From an uncultured Acidobacteriota bacterium (GTDB lineage: Bacteria; Acidobacteriota; Vicinamibacteria; Vicinamibacterales; 2-12-FULL-66-21): a DNA stretch of 64,000 bases. Below the pieces are notes generated by a model, which saw only the letters and a program-made list of their open reading frames with translations, did not search any database and was not told the origin of the DNA. The translations under genes were made by a program, and so were the position numbers. This document shows positions 62,286-64,000 of this stretch, piece by piece. The stretch covers positions 22,812 to 86,811 of the forward strand of contig CAVQAH010000009.1 of the NCBI GenBank assembly GCA_963710415.1, given 5' to 3'. How positions within the stretch are numbered: position 1 is the first letter of the stretch; each line of letters starts with the position of its first letter.

Positions 62286-63307
62286 ATGGCAGCAGCATCA
62301 GGGCCCATCAAAGTCCTTCACTTCGGGCTCGGGCCCATCGGCGTCGGCGTCGTCAAGCAGGTGGCAGAACGGAAAGGCTTCAAGATCGTCGGGGCGGTCG
62401 ACATCGATCCCGCAAAGGTCGGCCGCGACCTTGGCGAAGTGGCCCGTCTCGATCGCACGCTTCGCGTCAAGGTCTCCGATAACGCGCGCAAGGCCATCAA
62501 GTCGGCCAAGCCGGACGTCGTCGTGCTGTGCACCAGCTCGTCGATGAAGAAGGTCATGGATCAGATGGAGACCATCATCAAGTTGAAGGTCCCCATCGTC
62601 TCGACCACCGAGGAGCTCGCGTATCCGACCAAGGCGAACATGCGCTACGCGCGCGCGATTCACGCAGTTGGCCAAGAAGGCGAAGGTCGCGGTGCTCGGC
62701 ACCGGCGTGAATCCCGGCTTCGTCATGGACGCCCTGCCGATCATGCTGACCGGCGTCTGCGAGCGGGTCGACGCGATCCGCGTCGAGCGCATCCAGGACG
62801 CGCGGATCCGCCGCCTGCCCGTTCCAGCAGAAGATCGGCGCCGGCCTCACCCGCGAACAGTTTCAGCGCAAGGTGGACGACGGGAGCGTGCGGCACGTCG
62901 GGCTGGCCGAGTCGGTGTCGATGATCGCGGAGGCGCTCGGCTGGAAGGTCGACCGCATCACCGACGAGATCCACCCGCGCATCGCCACCGAGACCGTCGC
63001 CAGCGAGTTCCTGGCCGTCGATCCCGGTTACGTGTGCGGCATCATCCAGGATGGTGTCGGCTATCGTGATGGCAAGGCGATCGTCACGCTGCACATGGAG
63101 GCCTACCTCGGCGCGCCGGAGTCGTACGATGCCGTCGACGTCACCGGCTCGCCGGCGCTGAAGATGAAGATCGCCGGCGGCGTGCACGGCGATATTGCCA
63201 CCGCGTCGATCGTCGTGAATTCGCTGCCGAAGATCCTCGAGGCGACGCCCGGCCTGCACACGATGCGGGACATGGCGCTGCCGTCGTTCTTCGGGGGCAC
63301 GCGCTGA
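62286..63307 (+). CDS. NAD(P)H-dependent amine dehydrogenase / 2,4-diaminopentanoate dehydrogenase-like protein with DapB_N fold (two frameshifts)
   Basis: GLGPIG, VSTTEEL.YP, GTGVNPGF, QQKIGAG, HVGLAES and GGVHGDIAT; GAGGAG Shine-Dalgarno. Confidence 0.82.
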
Positions 63308-63317
63308 CGCGTACCGT

Positions 63318-63403
63318 GTTCGTAGTTCGTAGCCGTCGCTCGTGCTCGAGGCCACGACCTGTATGGGCTCTTCGAGCGACGAGCGACGAACTCCGAACCA
63401 CGG
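63318..63403. repeat. Inverted heptamer array, same family as 1-68
   Basis: ttcgtag-ttcgtag... / cgagcga-cgagcga-cgaactc-cgaacca; 63365-63377 is the exact reverse complement of 11-23. Confidence 0.75.
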
Positions 63404-63423
63404 CAGATTCGTTCCGAGCAGCC

Positions 63424-63957
63424 ATGGATCAGAAACTCTCCGCCCACTACGCGCGGCTCCGGCATATTCGCGAATCGTTTGCGGAGGCGAACGAGCGGCT
63501 GGTGGCGCGGCTGCGCGGCGCGACCGACGAGGCCGCGCATCGGGCGCCCGAGGCCGGCGCGTGGACCGTGGCGCAGATTGGCTGGCACGTGGCGAAGGTG
63601 AGCACCACCTTCGCCGCGCTCATTTCCGGGGAGCGTCAGGGGGCGCGTCCGCTTCCGGCGGATTTCAAGGAACGCGACTGGGCGGCCATCGCTGAGCGTC
63701 TGTCCGATCGGCTCGAAGCGGCGCCGGCATTCCATCCGCCGCCGGGCGTGACGCGTCACGATGCCATCGCGGATCTCGAAGCGTCGGGCATCCGGATCGG
63801 ACGCGCGCTCGACAGGGTGACGCCGGAGCGCGGCGCGGGCTACGGCATCAGCAACCCGATCGTCGGCGAGATCAACGTCTACCAGATCGGCGAGTGGGCG
63901 ACGGCGCACGTCATCCGGCACAACCGCCAGGCCAAGCGCATCCTCGAAGGCGTGTAG
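63424..63957 (+). CDS. DinB family protein
   Basis: GAWTVAQIGWHV and C-terminal HVIRH (His triad of the DinB/YfiT fold). Confidence 0.88.
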   Translation: MDQKLSAHYARLRHIRESFAEANERLVARLRGATDEAAHRAPEAGAWTVAQIGWHVAKVSTTFAALISGERQGARPLPADFKERDWAAIAERLSDRLEAAPAFHPPPGVTRHDAIADLEASGIRIGRALDRVTPERGAGYGISNPIVGEINVYQIGEWATAHVIRHNRQAKRILEGV

Positions 63958-64000
63958 CTCGGGGCGGGCTCGCGCATGAAATCGGTCACGTTCGGGCAGA

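Noticed and set aside
438-63307. Numerous frameshifts read as mass pseudogenisation or programmed frameshifting
   Set aside because: They hit essential genes (ftsH, nadE, tkt) as well as accessory ones, often fall in G/C runs, and leave catalytic motifs intact without accumulated in-frame stops. Long-read indel error is the simplest explanation; short-read polishing would confirm it.
63976-64000. Possible CDS start (MKSVTFGQ) at the window edge
   Set aside because: Only eight codons are visible, too few to support a call.
1-64000. Prophage, IS element, defence island, tRNA or rRNA
   Set aside because: I recognised no integrase, transposase, phage structural, restriction-modification or toxin-antitoxin genes and no tRNA/rRNA-like sequence, and composition looks uniform by eye.

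Overview
High-GC bacterial chromosomal DNA, most likely Acidobacteriota class Vicinamibacteria (subdivision 6). This is inferred from the gene repertoire: an acidobacterial-type VWA protein, an Oar-like TonB-dependent receptor and several Hanks-type kinases. The window holds about 40 densely packed housekeeping and accessory genes, including ftsH, a Pcs-like synthase, a class A PBP, five peptidases or amidohydrolases, glk, a DEAD-box helicase, infA, cca, an IDH-family enzyme, transketolase and nadE. I see no rRNA, tRNA, CRISPR array, integrase or transposase. More than half of the longer genes, including essential ones, are split by small indels, which points to an unpolished long-read assembly, so I reconstructed those genes from the ORF fragments and their ends are approximate. 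The most notable observations are: (1) a head-to-head pair of NTT/TLC-like nucleotide-transporter genes fused to HEAT repeats, one with two degenerate cNMP-binding domains; (2) about ten intergenic palindromes built from short (mostly 7-8 nt) tandem units, one of which has its arms separated by 1 kb of cargo; (3) a DisA_N/DAC-fold protein with a non-canonical catalytic motif under a 24-bp bidirectional promoter; (4) a tricorn-like propeller/C1 module fused to a gamma-glutamyltransferase; (5) many apparently leaderless promoters; and (6) a sigma54-like promoter with an IHF consensus site upstream of a small zinc-ribbon protein.
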